Assembly (NCBI GenBank): GCA_018400015.1
Contig: JAGYNB010000001.1
Coordinates: forward strand, 6,815-70,814
Reading direction: 5' to 3'
Source: Candidatus Omnitrophota bacterium
GTDB lineage: Bacteria > Omnitrophota > Gorgyraeia > Gygaellales > Gygaellaceae
Length of the DNA stretch: 64,000 nt
A program made the position numbers and the translations under genes. Positions 50,072-60,944 of the stretch are shown piece by piece. Within the stretch, counting starts at the first letter, position 1; the number at the start of each line of letters is the position of its first letter. The notes below the pieces were generated by a model. It was not told where the DNA came from, searched no databases, and saw nothing but the letters and a program-made list of their open reading frames with translations.

Positions 50072-51850
50072 ATGGATAAATTACATAGACTTAAAACTTG
50101 GATAGATAAATGTGCCGGTCTTTGTCAACCTGATAATATCGTTTGGGTTGATGGGACAGAAAAGCAGAAAAAAGACCTGCAGCAGAAAGCTTGCGCTACA
50201 GGAGAGATCACCGCATTAAATAAGAAAAAACTTCCCGGATGTTTTCTTCATCGGACTGCCGTTAACGACGTTGCCAGAACAGAGCACTTAACTTTCATAT
50301 GTACAAAAAATAAGCGCGATGCCGGCCCGACCAATAATTGGATGTTGCCTAAAGATGCCTACAATAGAGCTTCTGAGATTTTCAAAGGTGCAATGAAAGG
50401 CCGCACTATGTATGTTATACCATTTTCTATGGGGCCTGTGGGGTCGGAATTTAGTAAAATCGGAGTAGAGTTAACCGACTCAATATATGTTGTTTTGAAT
50501 ATGTTGATTATGACCAGGGTTGGTAACGATGTTTTAGAATATCTAAAGAAAATCCAGATTTTTACCAAATGCCTTCATTCGAAAGCCGAGCTTGACATAT
50601 CAAGACGTCTTATTCTGCATTTTCCTGAAGACAATGCAATTTGGAGCGTTGGTTCCGGCTACGGCGGCAATGTTCTTTTAGGAAAGAAATGTTTAGCACT
50701 TCGTATTGCGAGTGCCCAAGCGCGTCATGAAGGTTGGCTTGCAGAACATATGTTGATAATGGGCATAGAAGAGCCTAATGGGCATATAGAATATATTGCT
50801 GCAGCATTCCCCAGCGCATGCGGTAAAACAAATCTTGCTATGCTTATTCCTCCGGAAGGGTTAAAAAGTAAAGGCTATAGAATTTGGACCGTGGGTGATG
50901 ATATCGCTTGGATGCGCATTGATAGCGACGGATCATTGTGGGCAATAAATCCTGAGGCTGGGTTTTTTGGCGTTGGCCCGGGGACCAACTATAAAACCAA
51001 TCCCGTAATGATGGAGACGATAAAAAAAGATACGATTTTTACCAATGTTTTGCTTACTCCTGATAAAAACGTATGGTGGGAAGGTAAAGATGAAGCGCCG
51101 CCAGCAAAAGGTATTGATTGGCAAGGGCGTCCTTGGAAGCCGGGCACGAAGGATGTTTCCGGAAAAGAAATTCTTGGAGCGCATCCTAATAGCAGGTTTA
51201 CGGCTCCAATTGCGAATTGTCCTTCAGCCTCATTTAGATTGGACCAACATCACGGTGTGCCGATTTCCGCAATTATATTTGGAGGAAGACGTGAACACCT
51301 TGCTCCCTTGGTATATGAAGCGTTCAATTGGCAGCATGGTGTTTTTATAGGTTCAACAATGGCATCGGAGCGTACTGCCGCGCAAGTCGGTAAAGTCGGA
51401 GAAGTTAGGCGTGATCCTATGGCAATGTTACCATTCTGCGGATATAATATGGCGGATTATTTTAGGCATTGGTTGAATTTTGGCAAGCGTTTAAGAAAAC
51501 CGCCTAAAGTTTTTCATGTAAATTGGTTTAGAACGAACAATAAAGGTAAGTTTTTATGGCCAGGGTTTGGTGAGAATTTACGTATTCTAGAATGGATTTT
51601 AGACCGTTGCAACAATAAGACTGTTGCACGTAAAACTGCTATCGGTAATATTCCTTTTGTAAAAGATATAGATTTAACGGGATTAAGAATATCAAAAAAA
51701 GAAATGGAGCAGCTTTTTAAGATAAATAAGAAAGATTGGTTACAGGAAACCAACGATATCGCTAAATTCTTCTTAAAGTTCAATACTGATTTACCGCAGG
51801 AGTTGTCTGCAGAGCTTAAAAATCTTATTAAGAGGTTAAAATCTAAATGA
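50072..51850 (+). CDS. pckG: Phosphoenolpyruvate carboxykinase (GTP)
   Basis: [39 protein letters not shown]. Confidence 0.96.
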   Translation: MDKLHRLKTWIDKCAGLCQPDNIVWVDGTEKQKKDLQQKACATGEITALNKKKLPGCFLHRTAVNDVARTEHLTFICTKNKRDAGPTNNWMLPKDAYNRASEIFKGAMKGRTMYVIPFSMGPVGSEFSKIGVELTDSIYVVLNMLIMTRVGNDVLEYLKKIQIFTKCLHSKAELDISRRLILHFPEDNAIWSVGSGYGGNVLLGKKCLALRIASAQARHEGWLAEHMLIMGIEEPNGHIEYIAAAFPSACGKTNLAMLIPPEGLKSKGYRIWTVGDDIAWMRIDSDGSLWAINPEAGFFGVGPGTNYKTNPVMMETIKKDTIFTNVLLTPDKNVWWEGKDEAPPAKGIDWQGRPWKPGTKDVSGKEILGAHPNSRFTAPIANCPSASFRLDQHHGVPISAIIFGGRREHLAPLVYEAFNWQHGVFIGSTMASERTAAQVGKVGEVRRDPMAMLPFCGYNMADYFRHWLNFGKRLRKPPKVFHVNWFRTNNKGKFLWPGFGENLRILEWILDRCNNKTVARKTAIGNIPFVKDIDLTGLRISKKEMEQLFKINKKDWLQETNDIAKFFLKFNTDLPQELSAELKNLIKRLKSK

Positions 51851-52737
51851 AAGAAGAAGTTTTATTACAAACTGAATTTAAGGATTTAAAGCTTTTTCGT
51901 CGTGGTAAAGTGCGCGATGTGTATGATTTAGAAGATAAATTATTGATTGTTTCCACAGACAGGATTTCTTGTTTTGACGTTATTTTGCCAAGCGGGATTC
52001 CGCATAAAGGACAGGTACTTACTGCCATATCCGTATTTTGGTTTGATTTTTTAAAAGAAATCGTACCCAATCATTTTGAAACAAGCGAGATAGGTGATTA
52101 TCCGGGATGTTTAAAAAAGTACGCTGATATGCTAAAGGGCCGTTCGATGATTGTTAAAAAAAGCTCTCCTTTACCGGTTGAGTGTATAGTAAGAGGTTAT
52201 CTGTCCGGCTCTGGCTGGAAGGATTATTTAAAAACGGGAAGCGTTTGCGGTATCAAGCTTACCGAAGGGTTAAGGCAGTCTGAAAAGTTGCCGGAGATTA
52301 TTTTTACTCCTTCTACAAAGGCTGAATCCGGGCATGATATAAATATAACTGAATCTGCAGTCGAACAAAAGTTAGGTAAAGAGATAACCGATAAAATAAG
52401 AAAAGCGAGCATAGAGATTTATCAAAAGGCCAGCGAATACGCAGATAAACACGGCATAATCATCGCCGATACTAAGTTTGAGTTTGGTTTACAGGATAAC
52501 AAAATAATTCTTATTGATGAAGTTTTAACTCCAGATTCATCCCGTTTTTGGCCGAAAGATAGTTATGGTCCTGGTTCTGCGCAGCCAAGTTTTGACAAGC
52601 AGTTTGTCAGAGATTATTTAGAGACCCTTGATTGGGACAAGACCCCTCCGGGTCCAGAACTTCCAGAAGACATAATCAAGAAAACTACCCAAAAATACAA
52701 AGAAGCGTTTAACAAGCTTACCGGCAAAGCAATTTAA
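51847..52737 (+). CDS. purC: SAICAR synthase
   Basis: [38 protein letters not shown]. Confidence 0.97.
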   Translation: MKEEVLLQTEFKDLKLFRRGKVRDVYDLEDKLLIVSTDRISCFDVILPSGIPHKGQVLTAISVFWFDFLKEIVPNHFETSEIGDYPGCLKKYADMLKGRSMIVKKSSPLPVECIVRGYLSGSGWKDYLKTGSVCGIKLTEGLRQSEKLPEIIFTPSTKAESGHDINITESAVEQKLGKEITDKIRKASIEIYQKASEYADKHGIIIADTKFEFGLQDNKIILIDEVLTPDSSRFWPKDSYGPGSAQPSFDKQFVRDYLETLDWDKTPPGPELPEDIIKKTTQKYKEAFNKLTGKAI

Positions 52738-52744
52738 AACTTCC

Positions 52745-53065
52745 ATGGCCACAATAGAGGATTTTAAAAAACTTGAATTTAAAACAGCTAAAATTATCGA
52801 AGTTGCGCCGCATCCTAATGCAGACAGGCTTATTGTTTTAAAAATAGATTTAGGCGATTCTACCCGTCAGATAGTAGCTGGCATAAGGAAATCTTATCAA
52901 GAACAAGATCTGATTAATAAGAATATTGTTATCATAGCTAATCTTGAACCGGCTGAGATTAGAGGTATTAAAAGCGAAGGCATGCTTTTGGCTGCATCAG
53001 ACGAAACAGTTATATCCATTTTAACTTTGGATAAGCCCGTAAAACCAGGAAGCGTAGTAAAATAA
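52745..53065 (+). CDS. Stand-alone tRNA-binding OB-fold protein (MetRS C-terminal / CsaA / Trbp111-like)
   Basis: HPNADRL, RQIVAGI, NLEPAEIRGIKSEGMLLA. Confidence 0.88.
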   Translation: MATIEDFKKLEFKTAKIIEVAPHPNADRLIVLKIDLGDSTRQIVAGIRKSYQEQDLINKNIVIIANLEPAEIRGIKSEGMLLAASDETVISILTLDKPVKPGSVVK

Positions 53066-53066
53066 T

Positions 53067-53486
53067 ATGGCGGTTATAACCAAAAGATTTAGCCTTTCCA
53101 CAAGCGGTGATTGTGATATAATCGATATTACCGATAGGGTACAATCTGTTTTAAGCCCCTCAAACATTAAAGCCGGAATTATAAATATTTCTATTGCTGG
53201 GTCTACGGCAGCAATTACCACTTGTGAGTATGAGCCTGGCTTGGTTAAAGACTTAAAAACTTTTTTTAATAAGTATATTCCTAAGAATCATAATTATGAA
53301 CATAATAATGCCTGGGGAGATGGAAATGGCCATGCACATATATCTTCTTCGCTAGTAGGCCCTTCTAAAAGCTTTCCTTTTTTTGATAAAAAAATAAATC
53401 TCGGCACTTGGCAGCAGATTATTTTGATTGATTTTGATAGCAGATCCCGCAAAAGAGAAGTTATTGTTCAGATTGTCGGAGAATAA
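53067..53486 (+). CDS. YjbQ (UPF0047) family protein, second paralog
   Basis: GSTAAITTCEYEPG, GNGHAH, LGTWQQI. Confidence 0.88.
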   Translation: MAVITKRFSLSTSGDCDIIDITDRVQSVLSPSNIKAGIINISIAGSTAAITTCEYEPGLVKDLKTFFNKYIPKNHNYEHNNAWGDGNGHAHISSSLVGPSKSFPFFDKKINLGTWQQIILIDFDSRSRKREVIVQIVGE

Positions 53487-53487
53487 A

Positions 53488-53916
53488 ATGTTTGATCTGG
53501 ATAATTTTATGGATTCGCAAACATGTCTGGACTGCGATGGCTGCTGCAGATTTCATGATAAGGGTTCAATATGGGTTCCTTATGGAATCAATACAATAGC
53601 CTACCAAGATTATTTTATCTGTGAACGGTTTGATCCGCAGCTTAATAAGTGTAAAGAATATAATAACAGGCCTTTTGACTGCAGAATATACCCGTTTTTA
53701 TTACATAAAGATAAAGATAAGTTTTTTCTTGCTCTTCATATGCAGTGTATTTTTCTGCAGGAAATGTCTTCTGAAAAGTTAGACAAGTTGTGTGAAAATA
53801 TGGCTACTTTTTTTAAGAAGAAAGAAACCAAAGAATTTCTTAAAAAAAACAAGAATATGTTTGTTTCATATCCTGGAGAAATCAGAATTACGCACTCTTT
53901 GACTCTCGATGATTAA
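53488..53916 (+). CDS. YkgJ-family Cys-cluster (Fe-S/Zn) protein
   Basis: CLDCDGCC...C...CKEYNNRPFDCRIYPF; ATG at 53488. Confidence 0.8.
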   Translation: MFDLDNFMDSQTCLDCDGCCRFHDKGSIWVPYGINTIAYQDYFICERFDPQLNKCKEYNNRPFDCRIYPFLLHKDKDKFFLALHMQCIFLQEMSSEKLDKLCENMATFFKKKETKEFLKKNKNMFVSYPGEIRITHSLTLDD

Positions 53917-54799
53917 ACTAAGAAAGTTTTCTTTAAAAGAGAAACCACTTTTTGAAGATTATCTAAGGCGTTTTAATCACGGATTAAGCGCTTATTCTTT
54001 TATCTATGCTTATATCTGGAAGGATTTCTTTCGGTTTCAATATTGTATTATAGAAGGTAATTTTTGCCTTTTTGCCGAAGATTCATTCGGTATGTTTTTG
54101 TATATTGAACCTTTGGGTAAGATAAGTAAGAATGTTATAGAGAATTGCTTTGGTGTTATGGATAAGCGCAATAAAAACAAACAGGTTTCACGCATTGAAA
54201 ATGTGGAGAAAGAAAAACTAGCCATTTATAAAAAATTTGGATTTGAGAACTTTTTAAAATCCACAGATTATGTTTATGACAATATCAGTATATCTTCGTT
54301 TAAAGGCAATGCCTTAAAGCATAAACGTTCTTGCAGTAATTATTTTTTAAAGCATAATTCTTATGATTTTATTGATTATGATGAGAGTTGTTTTAAGAGC
54401 TGCAACCGGTTATATAAAAATTGGGCAAAGCAGAGAAGTCTTAAGTACAGCGATAATATTTATCAGCATATGTTAAAGCAAAGCTACAGCGCATTTCAAG
54501 TAGCATTAAAGGATTTCCGAAAACTCGATTTAGTGGTAAAATTAATAGTAATTGGTTCGCAAGTTAAGGCTTGTGCTGTCGGTTTTAAACTGAACAAGGA
54601 AACATTTTGTGTTTTATTCGAAATAACCGATTTAAGTATAAAGGGGTTAGCGCAGTTTATATTTAAACGCATGGCTCAGGAGACGGGGTTTTATAAATAT
54701 ATAAACGTCATGGATGACTCAGGGTTAAAAAATATAAAAAGAGTAAAGCTTTCTTATAGACCAATAGAGCTGATAGAAAGTTACAATGTCACAAGATAA
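53909..54799 (+). CDS. DUF2156 / MprF synthase-domain-like GNAT protein
   Basis: DYVY, GNALKHKR, YINVMDDSGLKNIKRVKLSYRP. Confidence 0.75.
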   Translation: MIKLRKFSLKEKPLFEDYLRRFNHGLSAYSFIYAYIWKDFFRFQYCIIEGNFCLFAEDSFGMFLYIEPLGKISKNVIENCFGVMDKRNKNKQVSRIENVEKEKLAIYKKFGFENFLKSTDYVYDNISISSFKGNALKHKRSCSNYFLKHNSYDFIDYDESCFKSCNRLYKNWAKQRSLKYSDNIYQHMLKQSYSAFQVALKDFRKLDLVVKLIVIGSQVKACAVGFKLNKETFCVLFEITDLSIKGLAQFIFKRMAQETGFYKYINVMDDSGLKNIKRVKLSYRPIELIESYNVTR

Positions 54800-55652
54800 A
54801 CAATCGATAAAGGATACGGTATTTACGGTTTTTGATGTTGAAACCACAGGTCTTTTTCCGCAGATGGGAGATAGGATATGCGAGATAGCCGCTTTAAAGA
54901 TTAAACAGGGGCAGGTAATAGACCAATTTTATTCTTTGGTTAATCCGTTGAAGAATATGCCTGTTGAGGCATATAACATCCACCATATATCCCAAGAGAT
55001 GGTAAAGGACGCTCCCAGCAGCGCTAAGGTTTTGCCAAAGTTTCTAAGCTTTGTAGAAGGAACATGCTTGTGTGGTTATAATGTTGGATTTGATATTGGT
55101 TTTCTTGAGAGCGAGCTAGGATTGATTAATCTAACGCTTGATGATAAATTACCGGTAGTAGATGTTTTAAAAATTGCCCGTAGGCTTTTTCCCGATTTAA
55201 CCAGCCATTCGCTGCTTAATTTTTCAAGAGCTATGGGTATTGCGGCTAATCAAAAGCACAGGGCTATGGATGATGTTGAGTTGACTATTAAGGTATTTAG
55301 TATGCTCATAAAGAACCTGGAAAATAATAACCTAACGAATTTTGAAGATATGCATAATTTGTTCGGTAATAACCTTAAGCTTATCAATAGTGTAAACCAG
55401 CTGAAGATTGACCGGATATCCAGGGCGATAGATAAACAAGTTAATCTTGATATAAAATATTTTACTATTTCTAACGGCAAAATTACAAACCGTTTGATAA
55501 AACCAATAGAGATAGTTGAGTTAGGCAATAATAAGTATGTGAATGCTTATTGTTATTTAAGAAAAGATAATAGAAATTTTAAAATTGAGGGTATATTGGA
55601 AATTTCTTCTGCAGTAGATTCTAAGGTTTCGCAGAAAGCAAAAAATTTATGA
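54786..55652 (+). CDS. DEDDh (DnaQ-like) 3'-5' exonuclease with C-terminal WYL domain
   Basis: FDVETTG, YNVGFD, HRAMDD; tail RLIKP...YVNAYCYLRKDNRNFKIEGI. Confidence 0.85.
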   Translation: MSQDKQSIKDTVFTVFDVETTGLFPQMGDRICEIAALKIKQGQVIDQFYSLVNPLKNMPVEAYNIHHISQEMVKDAPSSAKVLPKFLSFVEGTCLCGYNVGFDIGFLESELGLINLTLDDKLPVVDVLKIARRLFPDLTSHSLLNFSRAMGIAANQKHRAMDDVELTIKVFSMLIKNLENNNLTNFEDMHNLFGNNLKLINSVNQLKIDRISRAIDKQVNLDIKYFTISNGKITNRLIKPIEIVELGNNKYVNAYCYLRKDNRNFKIEGILEISSAVDSKVSQKAKNL

Positions 55653-57991
55653 AGAGAGTTTTTATTACCATATTGGTTTTAATATCGGTTTGTGGCTGTG
55701 ATATGGATATTGCCCAAAGTTACTTTAAAATAAGCAACTTTTTCTATGCCCGGGCTGTAGACAGTTACCAGACTAGGCTCAAGAAAAATCCAGAAGATGA
55801 TACACTTAAGTACCGTTTAGGCAAATTATATTATGAACACGGTGATTTTAAGCAAGCGGAACAATATTTGGCACAGGCAGACACCAGAGATGCCAGTGTT
55901 TTATTAGCACATAATTATTATAATTTGGCTGACTATACAAGCGCATTGGCGGTTTTTGACTCATTGGGAGAAATTGATAATGGACGTTATTTGTATTTTT
56001 ACGGCCTTACATGCGAGAAGCTTAATCTTTTTGACCAGGCGATGAATATCTACGCTAAGATTAAAGACAATCTTTATGTTTCACAGGCAAAGGAAAGAAT
56101 CGCTATTATAAATTCTAATATTCAGCGGTCAATTATTAGAGAAAAAGATAATGAGATTTATGATTTGCTTATTAAAGCTGACGAAGAAAGATATCCACAG
56201 GCAGGGGCAGTAGTTTTTGTCGATGAAAAGATGCAGGTTTTTGATGACAACACCGCAGTTATAAAAATACATGTTATAGCGAAGATATTAAATGACCGCG
56301 GTAAAGAGGGTATGTCTGAAATCGAAATCGGTTATGATTCTACCTATGAGCAAGTTGAGCTTGAATTTGCGCGTACAATAAAGCCGGATTCAACGGTGAT
56401 AAGCGTAGGCACAAAGAACATAAGAGACGTTTCGAGGTATTTAAATTTTCCTTTATATAGCAATGCCCGAGTAAGGATTATTTCTATGCCTGAAGTGATG
56501 GAGGGTTCTATAATTGAATATAAAGCTACTATTAAACGCCACAAGTTGGTAGATGAAAATAAATTCGTTGTTAATTATTCGTTGCAGGAGTCGGATCCGA
56601 TAATAAAAGCATTATTTTCTCTGGTTATTCCAAAAAGCAAAGATATAAACATTAAAACAATAAACAGCGAGTACAACACTTTCAATGCCCAGATGAAGCC
56701 TTCTGTCGAGGTGGTTGGTAATAACAAAGTTTATAAATGGAGTTTTTCCAATATTCCCCAGATATTGCCAGAATCAAACATGGTTCCCACAAGTTGGGTT
56801 AATCCGATTTTCCTTGTTTCTAATTTTGATTCTTGGAAGCAGATTTATGATTGGTGGTGGGATTTGGCGTACGATAAAATAGTAGCCGATAGCAATATAA
56901 AGGGGAAAGTCAAAGAATTAATTCAGGATAAGGACAATGATTTTGAAAAAGCTCAAGCGATTGCTAATTTTTGCATTGAGAAAATTCGTTATGTAGCAGT
57001 GGAATACGGTCAGGCAGGATATCAACCGCATCAGGCAAAGGAGATATTTCAGAATAAATACGGAGACTGCAAGGATCAGGCGATATTATTGATTACGATG
57101 CTTAAAGAGGCCGGTTTCAAGGCTTATCCGGTCTTGATTGGGACGAAGGAGCTGCCTTCGTTAGAAGAAGATTTTCCAACCCTTCTTTTTAATCATGCGA
57201 TAGCAGCTGTAGAATTGTCTAGTGGCGAGTATACCTTTATTGATCCTACCGCACAGACTTGTTCTTTTGGAGATTTGCCTGAAGGTGATCAGAATAGATT
57301 GGTGCTTTTGTTTAGAGAGGATAATTTCGTATTGTTAAAAACCCCTGAGTTTAAAAGTGAAAAAAACTATATTTATAAAGAGCTGGATATGAAGATAAAT
57401 ACTGATGAAAGTATAACTGCTTCAAGGCGAGTTGTTTCTTCAGGTGTTTTTGATCAGGGACAACGCTATTGGCTTAAATTTACTCCTCCTCAGCTTATTG
57501 GAGAGTTTTTAGAAGAAAGTATCCAAGATATAAGTATTTCAGCAAAATTAGAAGATTATGAGATTGTCAATCTCGATAGGCTTGGTAGCCCAGTAGAGCT
57601 CAAGTATGTTTTTAGCGGAGCCCATTATTTGATTAAATCTGGGCCAGCAAGAATTTTGCCTGCATTTAGCCAAATAAATACCGCTATTGTTGCTAAAGAC
57701 AACAGGCGCTATCCGATAGATTTAGGGCTTCCCTATAAAAAAGAATTAATATTTAAGATTGAATTACCCCAGGATTATAAGATAAAATATATTCCAGACA
57801 GTATCACTTATGAAAATGAATGGATGTATTTTGATAATGGTTATGAAGTAAAGAGCCAGGAGTTGTATTTTCATGAAACCCAAATCAATAAAAAATCCGT
57901 TGTTGAAACTGTAAAATATAATGAATTTAAGAATGGTTTGGAAGAATTGGCTAAGAAAATAGATCAAAGGGTCATATTGGAAAAAAGGTAA
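55649..57991 (+). CDS. Exported TPR + DUF3857 + transglutaminase-like protein
   Basis: Signal/lipobox-like start; TPRs; IRYVAVE, YGDCKD, FNHAI, IDPT (Cys-His-Asp triad). Confidence 0.85.
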   Translation: MKRVFITILVLISVCGCDMDIAQSYFKISNFFYARAVDSYQTRLKKNPEDDTLKYRLGKLYYEHGDFKQAEQYLAQADTRDASVLLAHNYYNLADYTSALAVFDSLGEIDNGRYLYFYGLTCEKLNLFDQAMNIYAKIKDNLYVSQAKERIAIINSNIQRSIIREKDNEIYDLLIKADEERYPQAGAVVFVDEKMQVFDDNTAVIKIHVIAKILNDRGKEGMSEIEIGYDSTYEQVELEFARTIKPDSTVISVGTKNIRDVSRYLNFPLYSNARVRIISMPEVMEGSIIEYKATIKRHKLVDENKFVVNYSLQESDPIIKALFSLVIPKSKDINIKTINSEYNTFNAQMKPSVEVVGNNKVYKWSFSNIPQILPESNMVPTSWVNPIFLVSNFDSWKQIYDWWWDLAYDKIVADSNIKGKVKELIQDKDNDFEKAQAIANFCIEKIRYVAVEYGQAGYQPHQAKEIFQNKYGDCKDQAILLITMLKEAGFKAYPVLIGTKELPSLEEDFPTLLFNHAIAAVELSSGEYTFIDPTAQTCSFGDLPEGDQNRLVLLFREDNFVLLKTPEFKSEKNYIYKELDMKINTDESITASRRVVSSGVFDQGQRYWLKFTPPQLIGEFLEESIQDISISAKLEDYEIVNLDRLGSPVELKYVFSGAHYLIKSGPARILPAFSQINTAIVAKDNRRYPIDLGLPYKKELIFKIELPQDYKIKYIPDSITYENEWMYFDNGYEVKSQELYFHETQINKKSVVETVKYNEFKNGLEELAKKIDQRVILEKR

Positions 57992-57995
57992 ATGT

Positions 57996-58367
57996 ATGAA
58001 AAAAGAAAGCAACAGGGATTTAAATTACCAGATTAACTTTTTTGAAAAGTTGCTTCAGCGTAATCCTAATTATGTTGACGCAATGATTGCTTTAGCCGAA
58101 GCATATACAAAAAAAGGAATGTATCAAAAAGGTTTTGAAATAGATATGCGCTTATCACAAATTAAAAAACACGATCCGATAGTGCACTATAATCTTGCAT
58201 GCAGCCTGTCTCTTTTAGGTAAGATCGAAGAAGCGCTATCCGCGTTATCCAGAGCAATTTATTTAGGATATGATGATTTTGATTATATAAAGCAAGACCC
58301 AGACTTGAATAATTTACGCGAAGATAGAAGGTTCGATAAATTACTAAAGGCGGTAGCAAAAAAATGA
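57996..58367 (+). CDS. TPR protein
   Basis: HYNLACSLS...DPDLNNLR TPR-end motif. Confidence 0.8.
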   Translation: MKKESNRDLNYQINFFEKLLQRNPNYVDAMIALAEAYTKKGMYQKGFEIDMRLSQIKKHDPIVHYNLACSLSLLGKIEEALSALSRAIYLGYDDFDYIKQDPDLNNLREDRRFDKLLKAVAKK

Positions 58368-60337
58368 AAAATGATTTTAAAGAAAGAAGAAGATACATTC
58401 GTTTAAGTACTGTTTTTCCAGTTGAGTTCAAATTGAATTCCGGCGAAGGAGTTTCTTTGTCTGACTGGTTAGAAGGTTTTACCTCTAATATCAGCAAAGG
58501 AGGTATTTGTCTTGTTGCAAATAATCTAAAAGTCGACACATTAAAAATAGTAGAATCAAAAAAAGCAAAAGTGTCTTTAAAGATAAATCTGCCTTTTAAG
58601 AAAAGTCCGATAGATGCGTTAACGAAAGTTGCCTGGTTGAGAAAAATAAAAACTGAGCCTTTCAATCAGTATATTATTGGTCTTGAATACGAAGTAATTA
58701 ACCAGGCAGACAATAAACAGATAGTTAAATTTGCAAAATTCAAGAGAAGATTTTCTTTTTTCGTCACTTTGCTGGTTGTTTTTCTTGCCGCATCGGTAAT
58801 CGCAAGTGGTGTCTATAATTATAAGTTGTACAGCCATAATAGGAAATTAGTTAAGCGGCTATTGACTAACGTTGACCAGTCTTCATTGCTGGAAGGAAGA
58901 ATCGATAGAATAAATAAAGAAAAAAGTCAAATCGAGGTTCGGATTTTTGAAGAAAAAAATAAAAATGCTGTTTTATTGGAAGAAATTAAGTCTTTAAAAT
59001 CTGCCATAGAGCGAACTAAGGGGATTGAGAAAAAAGAATACGAAGAAAAGTTGGCTGCCTTAGAAAAAGAAATTAATAGAGCGTTATTAGAGAAAAATAA
59101 GTTGGCTGAAAGATTAAAAACTCTCGAAGAAACTCAGACTAAAGCGCAGGAGAAACTTCTCGTGCTCAATAAAGAATATACTCCCATAAAGGAAGATGTA
59201 ATTGATAATATGTATGGTTGGTTGTTGTCACATCAGCATTCACGTACGGGACTTGTAGCAAGTTTTGAAGGGACAGATCAATTAAATGATTGCGCTTTTA
59301 TTTACGATCAGGCACTGGTAGCGATTGCCTACATAATTAGAGAAGATTACGATAAGGCAGAGGCAATATTTGATTTCTTCTCAAACGCAAAGCTTGTTAA
59401 AGGAGCATTTGCCAACGGCTATTATATTTCTACAAGAGATGTGTTTGAGTATATTGTTCATGCCGGCCCAAATCTTTGGCTTGGCATTGCAATATTACAG
59501 TATATACACAAATCAAACGATAACCAGTTTCTGCCTTTGGCTGAGAAAATAGCTTCTTGGATTATTGCTCTTCAGTCAGAGGATAAAGATGGCGGTATAA
59601 GGGGAGGACCCGATGTTTCATGGTATTCTACAGAACACAATTTAGACGCCTATGCTTTTTTTGATATGTTTTATACGCTTACCAAGAAAGAAAAATATAA
59701 GAATGCAAGGAATAAGGTTTTAAAATGGCTTGAAAAATATGCTTATGATAATCCTCAGATTCCGGTTAAAAGAGGCAAAGGGGATTCTACTATTGCCACC
59801 GATACTTATACTTGGTCTATTGCTAGCATTGGTCCGGAAAAACTAATTGCAATCGGGATGGATCCAGATAGAATAATTAGCTTTGCCGAGGATAATTGCA
59901 GTGTGGAAGTTGATTATAAATCTTCTTCCGGAGCAATGAAGAAAGTAAAAGGTTTTGATTTTGCTAAGGCGGCGAATATCGCACGCGGCGGAGTTATCTC
60001 TTGTGAATGGACCGCACAGATGGTACTTTCTTACAAAATAATGAGCGTGTATTATGCAGGAATAAAAGATAAAAATAATGCATTGTATTATAAAGACAAA
60101 GCAAATAAGCTTTTATCAGAGCTGGATAAGATGATTATGTGCAGTCCTTCGCGAACTGGCCAGGGATGTGGATGTCTGCCTTATGCTAGCAGTTCTTTTG
60201 TTGATACTGGTCATGGGTGGCGTACGCCAAAACAAGAGCAGACAGGTTCTTTGGCTGCAACTAGCTATGCCTTTTTTGCTTACTACGGTTTCAATCCTTT
60301 AGCTTTAGATGAAACAAGTCTTAACCAGGGTATATAG
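58364..60337 (+). CDS. PilZ - TM - coiled coil - six-hairpin glycosidase-like protein
   Basis: RRRYIR and NISKGG; one TM; long heptad region; YDQAL, STEHNLD, EWTAQM helical-barrel-like motifs. Confidence 0.7.
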   Translation: MKNDFKERRRYIRLSTVFPVEFKLNSGEGVSLSDWLEGFTSNISKGGICLVANNLKVDTLKIVESKKAKVSLKINLPFKKSPIDALTKVAWLRKIKTEPFNQYIIGLEYEVINQADNKQIVKFAKFKRRFSFFVTLLVVFLAASVIASGVYNYKLYSHNRKLVKRLLTNVDQSSLLEGRIDRINKEKSQIEVRIFEEKNKNAVLLEEIKSLKSAIERTKGIEKKEYEEKLAALEKEINRALLEKNKLAERLKTLEETQTKAQEKLLVLNKEYTPIKEDVIDNMYGWLLSHQHSRTGLVASFEGTDQLNDCAFIYDQALVAIAYIIREDYDKAEAIFDFFSNAKLVKGAFANGYYISTRDVFEYIVHAGPNLWLGIAILQYIHKSNDNQFLPLAEKIASWIIALQSEDKDGGIRGGPDVSWYSTEHNLDAYAFFDMFYTLTKKEKYKNARNKVLKWLEKYAYDNPQIPVKRGKGDSTIATDTYTWSIASIGPEKLIAIGMDPDRIISFAEDNCSVEVDYKSSSGAMKKVKGFDFAKAANIARGGVISCEWTAQMVLSYKIMSVYYAGIKDKNNALYYKDKANKLLSELDKMIMCSPSRTGQGCGCLPYASSSFVDTGHGWRTPKQEQTGSLAATSYAFFAYYGFNPLALDETSLNQGI

Positions 60338-60944
60338 TACTCTCTATAGGCATTTTGGTCCTCAATATTGGTGGCCTGCAGATAGTGTTTTTGAGATTAT
60401 AATCGGAGCGATATTAACTCAAAATACCAATTGGCAGAATGTCGAGATGGCGATTAGTAATTTAAGAAAAGCAAAACTGCTTCATGCGAAAAAACTTTAT
60501 TTGCTTAAGACCAAAAAACTCGCCCAGCTTATAAGGCCTTCCGGGTATTACAATATTAAAGCTAAAAGGTTGAAATGTTTCTTGAAGTTCCTGTTTAACA
60601 ATTACAACGGAAGTTTGAGCAAAATGTTAAATAAAGATTTGTTGAGCTTGCGCGAAGAGTTGTTATCGATTAAAGGTATAGGCGAGGAAACAGCAGATTC
60701 AATAATTCTTTATGCAGCTAAATTGCCAATATTTGTGGTGGATGCCTATACAAAAAGATTCTGCCAAAGACATCGGTTAACAGATATAAATGCAAGTTAT
60801 GCTGAAACGCAAAAGGTATTTATGGATAACCTTAAGGAAGACGCTAGATTGTTTAATGAATTTCACGCACTCTTAGTAAGATTAGGAAAAGAATTTTGTT
60901 TAAAAACTAAACCAAAATGCAAAGAATGCCCTTTAAAAAATTAG
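60309..60944 (+). CDS. Endonuclease III-like HhH-GPD glycosylase
   Basis: GAILTQNTNW, KGIGEETADSI, VVDAYT, C-x6-C-x2-CP. Confidence 0.88.
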   Translation: MKQVLTRVYSTLYRHFGPQYWWPADSVFEIIIGAILTQNTNWQNVEMAISNLRKAKLLHAKKLYLLKTKKLAQLIRPSGYYNIKAKRLKCFLKFLFNNYNGSLSKMLNKDLLSLREELLSIKGIGEETADSIILYAAKLPIFVVDAYTKRFCQRHRLTDINASYAETQKVFMDNLKEDARLFNEFHALLVRLGKEFCLKTKPKCKECPLKN

